Origin: Catajapyx aquilonaris
Lineage: Eukaryota
Length of the DNA: 64,000 bases
Reading direction: 5' to 3'
Assembly (NCBI GenBank): GCA_000934665.2
Contig: JYFJ02001996.1
Location: 1-64,000 of the forward strand
Positions within the stretch are counted from its first letter, which is position 1, and each line of letters begins with the position of its first letter. The translations under genes and the position numbers were made by a program. Shown here in pieces: positions 37,342 through 49,023 of the stretch. The notes beneath the pieces were generated by a model. That model had not been told where the DNA came from. It saw nothing but the letters and a program-made list of their open reading frames with translations, and did no database searches.

Positions 37342-37703
37342 AATATAATAATAATATATATAATAATCCGGGTAGTGCACGAACTCATTCCGAGTTATAT
37401 TGCACCGACCTTTATTACTCATATACATTAGTATACATCAGGACCTGATAACGTAGCGCCAGGGGCCCACGGGCAGGATGACAGGAGGGGATGTGCAAGG
37501 TGCAGTGCAATGTCTTATACGTGGCCATTTTTAGTGAACTGCCCCGGGTGGTTTAGGTTGTGGAAATACCACCCGAGACGAAGCCAGCTTGGTGACCCTC
37601 AACTCTGCACGAGAAGAAGGGGGTGTCCCCGGGCTGGGATCGAACCCGGGACCTTAACACCTGTGGGCGCATACGTTACCGCAGCGCCACTCCGTCTCCT
37701 CAT
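37342..37703 (-). mobile_element. tRNA-derived SINE, family B, full length
   Basis: 13-bp TSD TCCTAGCTCAATT (37329-37341, 37704-37716); A/B boxes; AT-rich tail. Confidence 0.9.
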
Positions 37704-37722
37704 CCTAGCTCAATTGTTACTA

Positions 37723-38276
37723 CAGTGAAATCCCGATAACTCGAACCACCATGGGACAGAGAAAAAATTCAACTTATGGTGGGGAAAACAGCACCCGCAC
37801 AAATTAAACACCTACAGGATGCATCTCACTACTGGGACACGATTGCAAGTGACTGCTAGATGACTGTAGACTAGGGCCTGTGACTTCTCTGAGGCAAAAG
37901 GCATGTCACCACCGCAAAGAAATGCATGAGTCACTACCTACAGGGAAGGGAGCTTAAAACAAGACTTCAGGCAGCTGTGTGCATTCCTTCACAGCTTATT
38001 GAGAATTAACCAGCTGGGGTGGAAATCTCCAAGAATGAATCATACCACATGTTTGCCCAACTTGGAAATTCCCTGCGGTGTTGACAAAATTCGACTTATT
38101 AATAGTGGAAATCCTGCGGAGTTCACAAAAATATTCGGCTTATCGAGAAAATCGAGTTATACAAATTCGAGTTATCAGAATTTGCATTACATATATGGAG
38201 AACCCGCCAAGTCCAAGATTTTCTTCGACATCGAGAATTTCGAGTTACAGGTATTTGAGTTATCGGGATTTAACTG
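37723..38276. mobile_element. Tigger/pogo-type MITE (empty-site twin of 20554-21776)
   Basis: TA|CAGTGAAATCCCGATAACTCGAA...GAGTTATCGGGATTTAACTG|TA. Confidence 0.85.
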
Positions 38277-38339
38277 TATTCATAATTATCCATTCTAAAG
38301 TCCAGATAAGTTTAATGGACACTTTTTATCACATCTGGT

Positions 38340-40394
38340 GGGGCGACACCATATGCTGATCAAATTGAGCAGATTCAAACTAAATTCCTAAAGGGCCGAT
38401 TTCTCGAACAGTGGTTCAAGTCAGTTTGAACTGAGTTTGCGTCTACACGCTGGATGCAGTTTAAACTCCCCTTCCGAGTGTGAGCATTTCTCGAGCGTAA
38501 ACAAACCCTCGGTTACTATGTGAACGACAAGCCTCGGTTAGAATTGCGCCATTGCCACATGTCGCGTCCTCCCCATTTCCCCGAACCGGTCTGAGCTTCA
38601 GCGCGAGTCTTTACCGGCTTGTAAACAAACTCTAGTCAGCAAGTCTAGAAGGTGGAGTGAGGGACATCGCATTTGAAAGTGACATTTTTTGACTAGTTGC
38701 CGACGTTACGCCGCAAAATGAATTTTTTATGACACTTCTCGGAGGAAAAAAAATTCACGCTGTGGACCCTGGATAGTGCAAATCTTGGTCTTTCTAATCA
38801 TATATTTGAAACTCGGAAATCGCCATTTGTGTAATCATAATTAAGTTAATTGCACACCTGTTATCTCGGCCGTTTATAATCCGAATTACTTCACGAATGT
38901 ACCGACGGAAAGCCAGAAATATGCGTGATAAAATTACATAGTGCTACACTAAAAATCTTAAACGTATTTAAAAGTATCGCCGTCTATTCCCGCCAGAAAT
39001 CGGGCTGAGTACTTGTCGATTTAACTTACTAAAGCAATACTTTTAAAAATTTTAGTGTAATAGAGCACAATGTAATTTTATCACGCACTTTTCTGGCTTG
39101 CCGTCGATACATTCGCGAAGTAATTCGGATGAGAAACGGCTGAGATAACAGAGGTGTGCAATTAACTTAATTATGATTACACATAGTTGCGATTTCTAAG
39201 TTTCAAATATATCATTAGAAAGACAAAGATTTGCACTATCTATGGCTCACAGGGGGAATTTTTTGGCCTCCGAAAAGTGCCATAAAAACTCATTTTGCGG
39301 AGTAACGTCGGCAACTAGTCAAAAAATGACACCTTTCATTGTTGTTCCCGGCATTCCAAACCCGGTTTATTTCAGATAACGGCTGGCAATCGGGCCGTCA
39401 GATGTGAACAGAGTTTAAACCGTATCCATGGTTTACTTTTGCCTCGAGAAATGGAGATTTCTCTGAACTGGGTTCAAACCGGACTTGAACCTTGTTTACA
39501 TTTGAACCACTGTTCGAGAAATCGGCCCAAAGAAATATTTGAACCTTCCTCAATATACAGCGGGATATTTTGTTAGACTAGAAACAGGGAGAAGACCCCT
39601 TACAATAAAAATACTTAAAATCACGTTAAATTTGTTAAAGAAACTTATTAAGGAATCCTCTGACGACAGATCCAATAAAAATTTCGCAAAGGAATGTTGG
39701 AGGTATCTGATGTCATTGGAAAAGAATAATCGGTCCCCCTGGTTAATAAACTTGGATAGTTTGTTAAATAGAGCTGGATCCTCTCTTGAACACTATCTAG
39801 CATCCGACCCGAAGACAAACTCCTACTCTTTACTAAGGACCCTGATTGATGAATCCATTCAAAAAGACCTTTGCGACATGTAAGCATCCTCTAGATATAG
39901 ATACTACGCGTTAATTAAAGCAGAGGATTATTTAAGAGAATCGTATTTCAATTATAATTCTCCCATCAATGTCACTCGCCTACTGGTTAACTTGAGAAAT
40001 AACTCACAAAGAATTTGGTTTAACGATTACAGATTTATTTTTTCGCCAAACGAAGTATGTACCCTATGTAATACGCTTGGATATTTTGATTTGTATCATA
40101 TCTTGTATGTCTGCCCGTTCTTCAGAAACGAGAGAAGATCCCTTCTTAATAATTTTCCGCAAATCTCTCCCCAAAATTTATTCTTTATTTTTGAGGGTAT
40201 CCCAGAACACCGAATGCACCAATTATTCAGATTTTTTTGTGCTATATGTGGAAAGCTTAAGTTCTGTGACACAATCTTGTACGCTGTGAAGGGAGAGTCC
40301 CCCGCCCATACGGCCTTGGGCCCAGGGTGAGGTAATAAAACTATTATTATTATTATTATTATTATTATTTATATTTATTATTATTATCATCATC
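38340..40394 (+). mobile_element. 5'-truncated LINE (RTEX-like ORF2 C-terminus) interrupted by a Harbinger-type element
   Basis: 12-bp TSD ATCACATCTGGT (38328-38339, 40395-40406); IEQIQTKFLK before the insert and LNLPQYTAGYFVRLETGRRPL after it; C-terminal CTLC...H...CP zinc knuckle; AATAAA and (TTA)n tail. Confidence 0.85.
38393..39528. mobile_element. PIF/Harbinger-type non-autonomous element with internal ~650-bp palindrome (~38680-39330)
   Basis: AAA|GGGCCGATTTTCTCGAACAGTGGTTCAA...TTGAACCACTGTTCGAGAAATCGGCCC|AAA; short relative at 44647-44793. Confidence 0.85.
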
Positions 40395-40671
40395 ATCACA
40401 TCTGGTCCATTTCTTGTGTGGGTGGGGGTGGGGGGCTGAATGATTATGGTTTGGGCAAGTATTACTAAAAAGAATTATTGTGGCCATCAACAGTCACATT
40501 ATAAAATGGTGTGTTGAATGCATTTTCAATGAATAGGGACTTATCAGCAGTGGAGTTAGCTCAAATGTAGCTTAAGTGACGGTTAGGTAGGTCAGTGTGG
40601 AACAGGCCCTTAGAGATTCACATTATAAAACACCCCCTGTACACTACCTCCCAGTGCCAGTATCAATACTA

Positions 40672-41603
40672 CGAGGGCATGCTGATAATTTTGCCTCCAT
40701 GCACATAGAATTTTTAATACATGTCACAGGACAATGAGGGTGACATCAAATGAAAGCCTGAAATGTTTTCTTCCAAACTATATATACATAACCACCACCA
40801 CCACCACCACCAACAGTACACTTGAGCCAACGATGTACTAGTTTTTCCCTCTGGTTGGCATACAACTGTGGGCTGTGGGAGAGGCATCAAGCGCTAACAG
40901 CAGCCTCAACTTAGGCATTGGAGCTGTACCGATTTCCTATCAGGTGTGTCTTCATTTTTCGAGAAAGAAAGAAGTCGCAGGGCATGACATCTGGGCTGCA
41001 TATGGCAGATGAGGAAGTGCAGAGAATTTGAGAAGGTGTAGTACATGTCGAGTTCCTGACTGATCACAAACCTGTGAATTCGGAGGTGCATATGGACACC
41101 CTGTGGAGGTTTTAGGCACACCTGAACAGTATGCCTCCAGGAAAGGATGTTATTGTTCACCACAATATTGCTTGATCACACACAGCATGTAATCACACTG
41201 CAGAAGTGCAGATGCTCTCTAAAGACTCAATTTCCCTGTACTTCCTCATCTGGCATACCAGCCATATTTTGTGCTCTGGGACTTCGTTCTTCCTCCAAAA
41301 ATTAAGAACCTGAAGGGCAATCGCTACAGTTCCAATGCAGAAGTTGAGGCTGCTGTTCGTGCTTGGTGGCTCTCCTACAGCCCAGAGTTGTACGGCGAGC
41401 AGAGGAAAAAACTACAGTAGTACATCATTGGCTCAAGTGTACTGTTGTTGTTGGTGGTGGTGGTGGTGGTGGTGATGTAGAAAAGTAGCTATGTGGTTTT
41501 GAAGAGGGCATTTCAGGATTTCAATTGATGCCACTCTCATTGTCCTGTGGCATGTATTAAAAATTTTATATGGATGGAGGCAAAAATTGTCAGCATGCCC
41601 TTG
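40672..41603 (+). mobile_element. Degenerate mariner element
   Basis: TA|CGAGGGCATGCTGATAATTTTGCCTCCA...TGGAGGCAAAAATTGTCAGCATGCCCTTG|TA; remnants VIVHHNIA*SHTA and DFVLPPKIKNLKGNRYSSNAEVEAAVRAW. Confidence 0.85.
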
Positions 41604-42074
41604 TATAATCAACACAGTAACCACCTGAAACTTGCAACCATTTACCTGACTTTCTGCTGACAGAAGTTTGTGTTTCCCACATTAGCTGGAATGATGTGCT
41701 TGTATGGGATGCAAAACAGGTTCACTGCTTCCAAGTTGCACCATACATAGGAGGCTGAAAAATATTTCTAATTTAGTAACTTGTTCCACATTCAATCCGC
41801 ATTTATGTGAAATCTTGCCCATACCTTTTTAGACATATTTCTTGATATCTTCTTTGCTGTAAGTATCACCCAAGGCTGGGTTCTGAAAAAAAGAACAATG
41901 TTATCAGCAAAGGTAATGGTAATACTTCGCTTCATATACACCATTGCAAATCTGTTGATAGTTGGTGTATTTTCAAACAAGCATTAATTATCTCTCCAAA
42001 ATGCTATACCACAGAATCCGATCTCCAACTTGGCAAACTAAGTCTTCGACACATGAAAAGGCAACAGCAACTAT

Positions 42075-42722
42075 CAAAGGACCTGTTCAAAGTTATCCTG
42101 GCAAAGAAAGGCCACCCACATGGCTCAATGATTCGTTGTAATTAGATTGGAGCAGATCACTGAAACTTGGCAACGCAGGGGAGTTGGTTCAAAATGTTGC
42201 TGTCCAGCCACTCTAATATATGTCATTCAATGGAAGAATGCTTCTAAAGGGTGACCTTCATCAGTTTGGAGAAAGAGTTCGCCCTTGCTTTGCCAACGAA
42301 CGCCATCCTGAATCAGCCCCTCGCTCCTGTCTCTCTTTTAGGGGAGAGTGAGAGAGAGGAGAGGGAGTGAGGGAGAGATACGCGATTGGGCAAACGCGTG
42401 ATATCTCGATGGGGCTTGCATTTCGCATATCGGTTCCCTGAGGCGGCATTTGTCTCGCACGAATATTCTTACAACATTTTTACGGGGTAAAAACCACACG
42501 AGTTTTCCTGCCTCTAAAAGGAACTAATAAAACAGTTCACCACGTGACAACATGCTTTGATTCCTACCAAGGCCGCTAGGTAGCAACCCCTACCACATCA
42601 AAGATACAGTCAGTGGCGAACACAGCGGCCTTTAGCGTAAAACTAGGTGCATAGATTATACACTACAAGATGCGCAAGATGGTTGCCGTTTAGGTAGCGG
42701 GGCTACTTGAACAGGTCCTTTG
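42075..42722. mobile_element. TIR-bounded non-autonomous element
   Basis: CAAAGGACCTGTTCAA...TTGAACAGGTCCTTTG, 16-bp perfect TIR. Confidence 0.65.
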
Positions 42723-43693
42723 ACAGACACATCAATCCATTTGAATCTTGTAAAATACACCAACTTCAGGGTCCCATCATATAACTAAAGTGGTGTAGGA
42801 CAGTCAGGTACAATCAAATTTTCCATCAAACCGTTGGCCAAGGGCTTGTGAAATTCAACTTCCCTGTGCTAGATACAAATGTGGAAGCTATGACTGATGA
42901 AAACTTGAGGGCCTTTCCACTTTCTTGGCCCTTCTAATTTCAAACATGGGCACTGTTACCACCACCATCCATACAGTTCATGTGTGTGCTAAAAGCACTC
43001 ACACTTTGGTTTTTTCTACTTCCTTGCTATGTTTTGGAATCATGTGGCAGTAATGTTTACACAATAAAAAATAACTAACATGCAAGAAACAGAATCACTT
43101 CACATATTTCAAAACCAATGCAAACTTAATCTTTACATGAAACTGTTTTAAATGCACAGACACACACAACAGAGCATTCGTCTCCCCAAGTAGTCAACAA
43201 ATAAAGTAATGGGCATGTGCTTTCAGACGTAGTTTTCATAATGACTCAAGAAAAGGGTAGTAGGTACTGTGGATCAAATGTGACAATTTAAGTAAAGGCA
43301 TAAAATACCATACAAGCACTGATAATAATCTACATGTATACTAACCAACAAGGCAGGCTACTTTTGAACAGTTATTTCCAGGGGCTATTTAAAATATTCA
43401 CTACTATTGGATGGAAAGTGTGTCTGAGTCATATGCCAATGCCTCTACACCACTTCTGGATGATTCCTGCCTTTATCCAAGCTCACTCATGACATTTCCT
43501 GAATATATAATGTACAGGTTATTTGGAAATGACCCTGGGCCAACCTGCATATTTGCCTGTGCACAAGGCCTTATTTTCAGCAAATACTGGCTGGGGAATA
43601 AAGTTTTCCATTAGTGGGTACTGACAATCTTTTACAGCAATGTGCTGCACTGTGCTGCACATCTTGGGACAACAACACTTTCCACTACCATAA

Positions 43694-44381
43694 AGCTGGA
43701 TTCACATATACGCGAAAAAGCGTCAAAAGCGAGCGAAAAACAGCCTTCCGCGAATTCGCGTCGACAAAAGCAATTCACGTATCGGCGAATTCCCGCAAGA
43801 CGCGAGCGAATTTTGGTTACTCGCGCGTCTAAACACAAAATCGCGCTCGCCTGCCAGAGCCAGATAGAAGCGAATTTTTGACGCGAGCGAATTTTGGAGC
43901 TGGTTCGAGCCACCCAGCGCCGCCACGCGGATTTGTCGGCCTTCCTCAGCCATGTTAGGAATGCGGATGCCCGAGCTCGGAAGTTACCTATTTTTTTGTC
44001 GCAAACTCCCGACCCGGCCAGCCTCCGCACCACGTCCAGCTCTTGCCCCACTTGGTGCACTGTGACCTGGACCCCCTTCCGAGGTCGGTTCAGCAGCATT
44101 TTCACTGCCATGCCGGCTGCCGCCGCAGCACAGGGCTCCGCCATCTTTCTCAGCCCAAGACCTCCCCCTGCCCACACCGACCCTGACCCCGTCCTCCCTC
44201 CTACCTGCCCTGCTGCACAGCGCATGCTCCATAACTAACGAGTAAGTTTTATCGCATAGCGGATACGTGAATGCCTGGAAAATTTTTCAAAAATTCGCAC
44301 TCTTCGTGACGTAAAAGACGCGAAAAAGCGAAATGTGAAATTCGCTTGCAAGTATTTACTCGCGTATATGTGAATCCACCT
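43694..44381. mobile_element. PIF/Harbinger deletion derivative
   Basis: TAA|AGCTGGATTCACATATACGCG...CGCGTATATGTGAATCCACCT|TAA; GC-rich interior. Confidence 0.8.
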
Positions 44382-44436
44382 TAACACATAACATGTGAAG
44401 CTGGTGGATTGACCCCCAATAGGACCGACATATCAT

Positions 44437-45959
44437 ACAGGGTGAAGGGAATCTCGCACCCCATCGCCAGGTAGACCGATAGTACTCGCAAAACTAAAAC
44501 ACTTAAAGCGGCATGCCGGTATGAACCGAGGTCAACCAGCATGCCAGTATAACCCGGGGGTGGCCGGCATGCTGCAATACCCAAGGTAGATTTCCATAAT
44601 TTTGATCCTTGTCAAAATTTTTGGATTGCATCAGATACTGTACTCAGGGCCGTTTTCTCGAACAGTGGTTCAAATGTAAACCCGGTTCAAACCCGGTTTA
44701 AACCCTTGACAACAGCCTAACAACAATCAAATCAGGGATTAAACTGCCTTTGAACCCGGTTTACATTTGAGCCACTGTTCGAGAAAACGGCCCTCAAATA
44801 ATGTTGTGGTGAAAAATGTGTGAGTACAGGGATATGAGAATATGCAAGTTCATCTGTTGCACAGGGCATAGAGTGAGACCAACCCAACTGTCTGCCTGCT
44901 CTGAGAGGGGAACCCCACTAAACATTACAACGGATCTGCAAAGGATCAAGGCAAATTCCTTCAGCCCTTCGTTTTTTTTTTTAAATCAATGGTTCGCTGG
45001 TCGCAGATCTCGTTGGCAATCATAGGATCACTTCTCGTAGTGGTATTAATCTGTCTGAGAAGCCTTGTCACTCAGATTATAAAATCCAAACCAAACATGA
45101 AATATCCTGGTAGATATGCTTCCCTTCTAGCAGCCTTGCACTTTTAACACTGAAAATGTTGCAGTAAAATTTGAACTTAACGGTCTTATGGGATGTGTCA
45201 GGCGATAGTGTCTTTCTGTGCTGTATCTGTACCGTAGAACGAGGTGTAATGCATTCCTTTGAGTAATAATAATTTTCATAGAGATCGTAATAAAACCTCG
45301 CCTTATACCGGCATACCTCGCTTAGACCAGCATACCGGTATAGCCACTAGATCGCGCATTTCTAAAAACAGGTTGACCTCGACTACACCGGCATGCCGCT
45401 TTAAGTGAGGTAATACGGTATAGGGATGTGAAATTAGTTTTGGGCGCCGATGCGTAGTTAATGCGTACTTTGAAGTGTACAGGGTCGGATGGTAAAATAT
45501 GCAGTAAAAATGACAAGTGCACGGGTGTCGTACCCGGATTTTAACTTTGACAGGATTTGATCACCTATTGCACATGGACGATGTGTTACGGACCCAAGAC
45601 TGGATTGTTCGGAGGCCCTCGAGCTGGCTTTTGCTTCTTTATAGCTGGTGGAACGGATGTGACGTCATGAAACTTTGACGGCACTGCATGCATGAACTAT
45701 GCAACGGCGCCCAAAACTAATTGTACATCCCTATATTAGTTTTACAAGTACAGTACTGGCCAATAATCGAGGCAACGACTAGCGACATTTTCCCGAAGCG
45801 GCAGAAGAAGGAATCTTGCTCGCCCGGCTTCTAGCATACTTATCTTCGATTCCTTCTTCTGCCGCTTCGGGAAAATGTCGCTAGTCGTTGCCTCGATTAT
45901 TGGCCAGTACTGTACTATCAGTCTACATGGCGATTGGAAGCGAGTTTCCCTTCACCCTG
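44437..45959. mobile_element. Tc1/mariner-type MITE with nested inserts at 44500-45407, 44647-44793 and 45751-45912
   Basis: Same TIRs as 10256-10681; inner CACTTAAAGCGGCATGCCGGT TIR element; TCA-flanked Harbinger MITE; TA-flanked 162-bp palindrome. Confidence 0.85.
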
Positions 45960-45965
45960 TATATA

Positions 45966-46742
45966 CACAGTGGTCAGTAAATGGCGCCCAAGCTTCAGGT
46001 AGCGAGATTCCTTGTGAAAAACAAGTATATGGAAGTGAAGGTCCTATTGCTCTGTGATGCCTGGTTAGGGCTCACGAGGCCTCCAAAGTTTGGGCAAAAT
46101 CATGACGTCACATCCGCCCACGAAATTCAAACACTACCGTATCGCTACTGTATGCAGTGCGTTGCCATGTTGACATCCCCCACATTTCCACTCAACAATT
46201 GAATGGCATTAACTCGCGGGGATGATGGTATGGCAACGTCCCTGTGAGTTTATACGGTTCCACTGTTGGTGAAAATGTGGGGTATGTCAACATGGCAACA
46301 CACCGCATACAGTAGCGATACGGCAGTGTTTGAATTTCGCAGGAGGATGTTACGTCATGATTGAGGGGTGTGGTGGAAAAACATAACTGACAAAGGTGTA
46401 ATTTTTCAGGAGAGCGAATTGAAGTTTGCATTTTCTTAACAAATCATACGGAATGCTGGTTTGGATCTAGTCTGTGTGGCCGTCTCGTGCAGGATACATG
46501 AACTTGGAGTATACCAAACTGTTTGTCATGTCTTATACATAGTTGCTAGGTGTTTAGGTAAAAAATGACAAAAATGTCAGTTATCATGTTTTTCCACCAC
46601 ACCCCTCATTTTGCCCAAACTTTGGAGGCCTCGTGAGCCCTAACCAGGCATCCCAGAGCAGTAGGACCTTCACTTCCATATATTGGTTTTTCACTAGGAA
46701 TCTCGCTACCTGAAGCTTGTGCGCCATTTACCGACCATCCTG
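45966..46742. mobile_element. TA-flanked MITE with ~130-bp TIRs and an internal inverted repeat
   Basis: TGGTCAGTAAATGGCGCCCAAGCTTCAGGTAGCGAGATTCC...GGAATCTCGCTACCTGAAGCTTGTGCGCCATTTACCGACCA. Confidence 0.8.
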
Positions 46743-46899
46743 TATATATAGGCTCTATACTGGCTGACCAGGTGTTATAGTGGGACAGTATACTACCAGA
46801 TGTGTACTTTCTAGAATCTGGGCAACCTTTTTAACGACATGCCACTCTGTGGGTTGTAACAGAAAACATTTTCTGGAGATGACCCATAAAAAAGGAACA

Positions 46900-47380
46900 T
46901 ATTGAGATCCTCATGGGAAAAGTCGGGCCAGATGGATGTGGCTGAAACCACGTCAGTTGATACACCTTGATCTTAGGGCCAATTGTTCTGAAGGCCAAAT
47001 AAAACCTAATGTGCCTTTTGGCCCCTAGAGATGCTGAAGTTGGGCTTCATTTCATAAATGAAATTGAGTCAAATGCGCCATGTGGCAAGTTTCGCTAGAC
47101 ACACAACTGAGTTCAACACCGGACCTTGTACTGGGATTATAGGTGCAACATAATAACTGCCAAATGGTTTGTCACAGAATATCCCCACATGGTGCACTCA
47201 ACTCAATTTCAATTATGGAACTCAGCCCAACTTTGAGTGCCTCTAGCAGCCAAATGGCATGATGGTAGATTTTCTTTGGCCTTCAGAACAAATGGCCCTC
47301 GGGTCAAAGTACCAAGTTTCAACCAGATCCATCTGGCCCACCTTTCCCATACAGAAATCCGCCATGTCCTTTCACCAAAT
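46900..47380. repeat. Old, diverged inverted repeat
   Basis: 46976-47070 pairs imperfectly with 47200-47300; outer boundaries approximate. Confidence 0.55.
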
Positions 47381-47821
47381 GATATTGGTTCCATCCTAGC
47401 CAAGCTTAGTGGTCACCAACTGGGTTGCCCTAATATTAAGGCCAACCTGTTCTTGGTTGGAGGACTTGGATCATCCGGAAGTGATCATCCTGTAGAAAAA
47501 AAAGTGAGTCATAATATGCAAAATGCCTGACAGCAGTAACACTGTCCCCAAAAAACAAGGCGAGAAAATCCTGCAGGCTCCCAATGCATTAGTCCTTCTG
47601 TAAGGCATGGCAAATATCATATGTCGGTTTGCCGCAACCATTTTGTCAAGCCCCTGGAAGTTCGGGCCAAATCCCCAGCTGCCACATGCCGAATCTGTGT
47701 CAACTAGGCACAAAAATGTTACTGGCTTCACCTCTATATTTTCTATTGGCTACATATGGTCTATGCTCCAAACAATGACCAAATCATTACGTGCTGATCT
47801 TTGGTGCCAATGAGAATACAG

Positions 47822-47889
47822 CCCCTGCCAGGAATCGAACCTGGGCCAGAACCTTGCACTGCTCTCGCTCTGCCACTGAGCTACAGGGA
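47822..47889 (-). pseudogene. tRNA-like sequence (tRNA pseudogene or isolated SINE head)
   Basis: TCCCTGTAGCTCAGTGGCAGAGC...CCAGGTTCGATTCCTGGCAGGGG: acceptor, D and T stems present, anticodon arm irregular. Confidence 0.65.
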
Positions 47890-48099
47890 CGACGGTCCTC
47901 AAGGCCCAAAGCCACCATGACACTACCCATGCAGTCATGCACCACGAAAATCCCCCTACACACCCAGCCCATCCCCTGCTCACCTTCCAATCAGTTACGA
48001 AGTGGCCAGCACGGTTTCAAGATCTGATGTTGCGCACCGGCGCAGAAATGTTCGACCACACAGCGAAAGGGGAAGTGAGGCACTTCAACGGTTATCCGT

Positions 48100-48400
48100 C
48101 GACACCTTCGGTCGCCACGGCCAGCACGGCCATTTTCCCCTCACGCCTTGGCTATTATGCTGCCAGAGAAGCTCGTCACCGTTATGTGGCAGCACTGTGC
48201 TTTGCCTCCCTGCCCAAGGTTGGTGTAATAGTGTTCCTGAATGGTGCGCTCACGGGTGCGCTACTTTACGCTACTTGGCCTTGATTGGTGCGGAAGGAAA
48301 ATGCATTTATGACTAATCTAACCAGCTTGCCATTTTGTCCACTGTCAAGCTTATTCGAGCTTATTTAAAAACGGGTGTGAGCGGATGTAAATAATAACGG
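48100..48400. promoter_or_regulatory. Candidate bidirectional promoter
   Basis: CpG-retaining, apparently unique DNA between divergent genes with GATTGG, CGGAAG and two GCCATTTT motifs; inference only. Confidence 0.35.
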
Positions 48401-49023
48401 ATAATGAGGTTTGAAATTTATCAGGCCTTGTGAAGCGTCACCATATATCACATGACTTTTGAATTTCCTGATGGCTACCACCTGTGTCTGCTCGTCTGCT
48501 AGCACTTGCCCAGCCTGCGCAATTTGCATGCTTGGCTTACACATATGCGCACATATATATTACACTTGTTTGGCGCTAAGTTTTAATTCATCAAGGCTGG
48601 TTTGGCAGGAAGTTTAATTAAAATAATTAGTGTGGGTCTGGCACGGTCTGGCACGTGGTCTGGCAAGTGTGGGAGAAGCAATATGGCGGTTGACAATGTG
48701 TATAGTACCTGCTGGGTACTGTAGTGTGGGTGGCAAACTGAAACGAAAACATTGGGCAACACAGCATATTTGGAGCAAAGTTTGGAGGTTGCACTTTCAA
48801 TGCTGGTGGTGAGTGGAAATCCACTAGTTGAGTTTTTAGGAGTATTGTTCGTATGACGCATTGGGTTATTGTTTAGCTGGTGGATGACACCTAGTTTACG
48901 CAATGTTTACATTCATATCAGGATAGATGTAGATTACATGCCATTTTAAATCACTTTGCTCCATATATCCTCAGTATCACTTCTGTAACAATAAGAGGTA
49001 ATTTGTTTTGCTTAGGAAAAACG

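Noticed and set aside
43632..44238. 197-aa and 114-aa ORFs
   Set aside because: GC-rich interior of a Harbinger derivative; no catalytic motifs, and the longer ORF crosses the TIR.
47822..47889. Functional tRNA gene
   Set aside because: Anticodon arm does not form a canonical 5-bp stem with a 7-nt loop; kept only as tRNA-like.
49003..49023. TTG start given in the ORF track for STK11IP
   Set aside because: Eukaryotic gene; this stretch includes a splice acceptor and the first ATG is at 49024.
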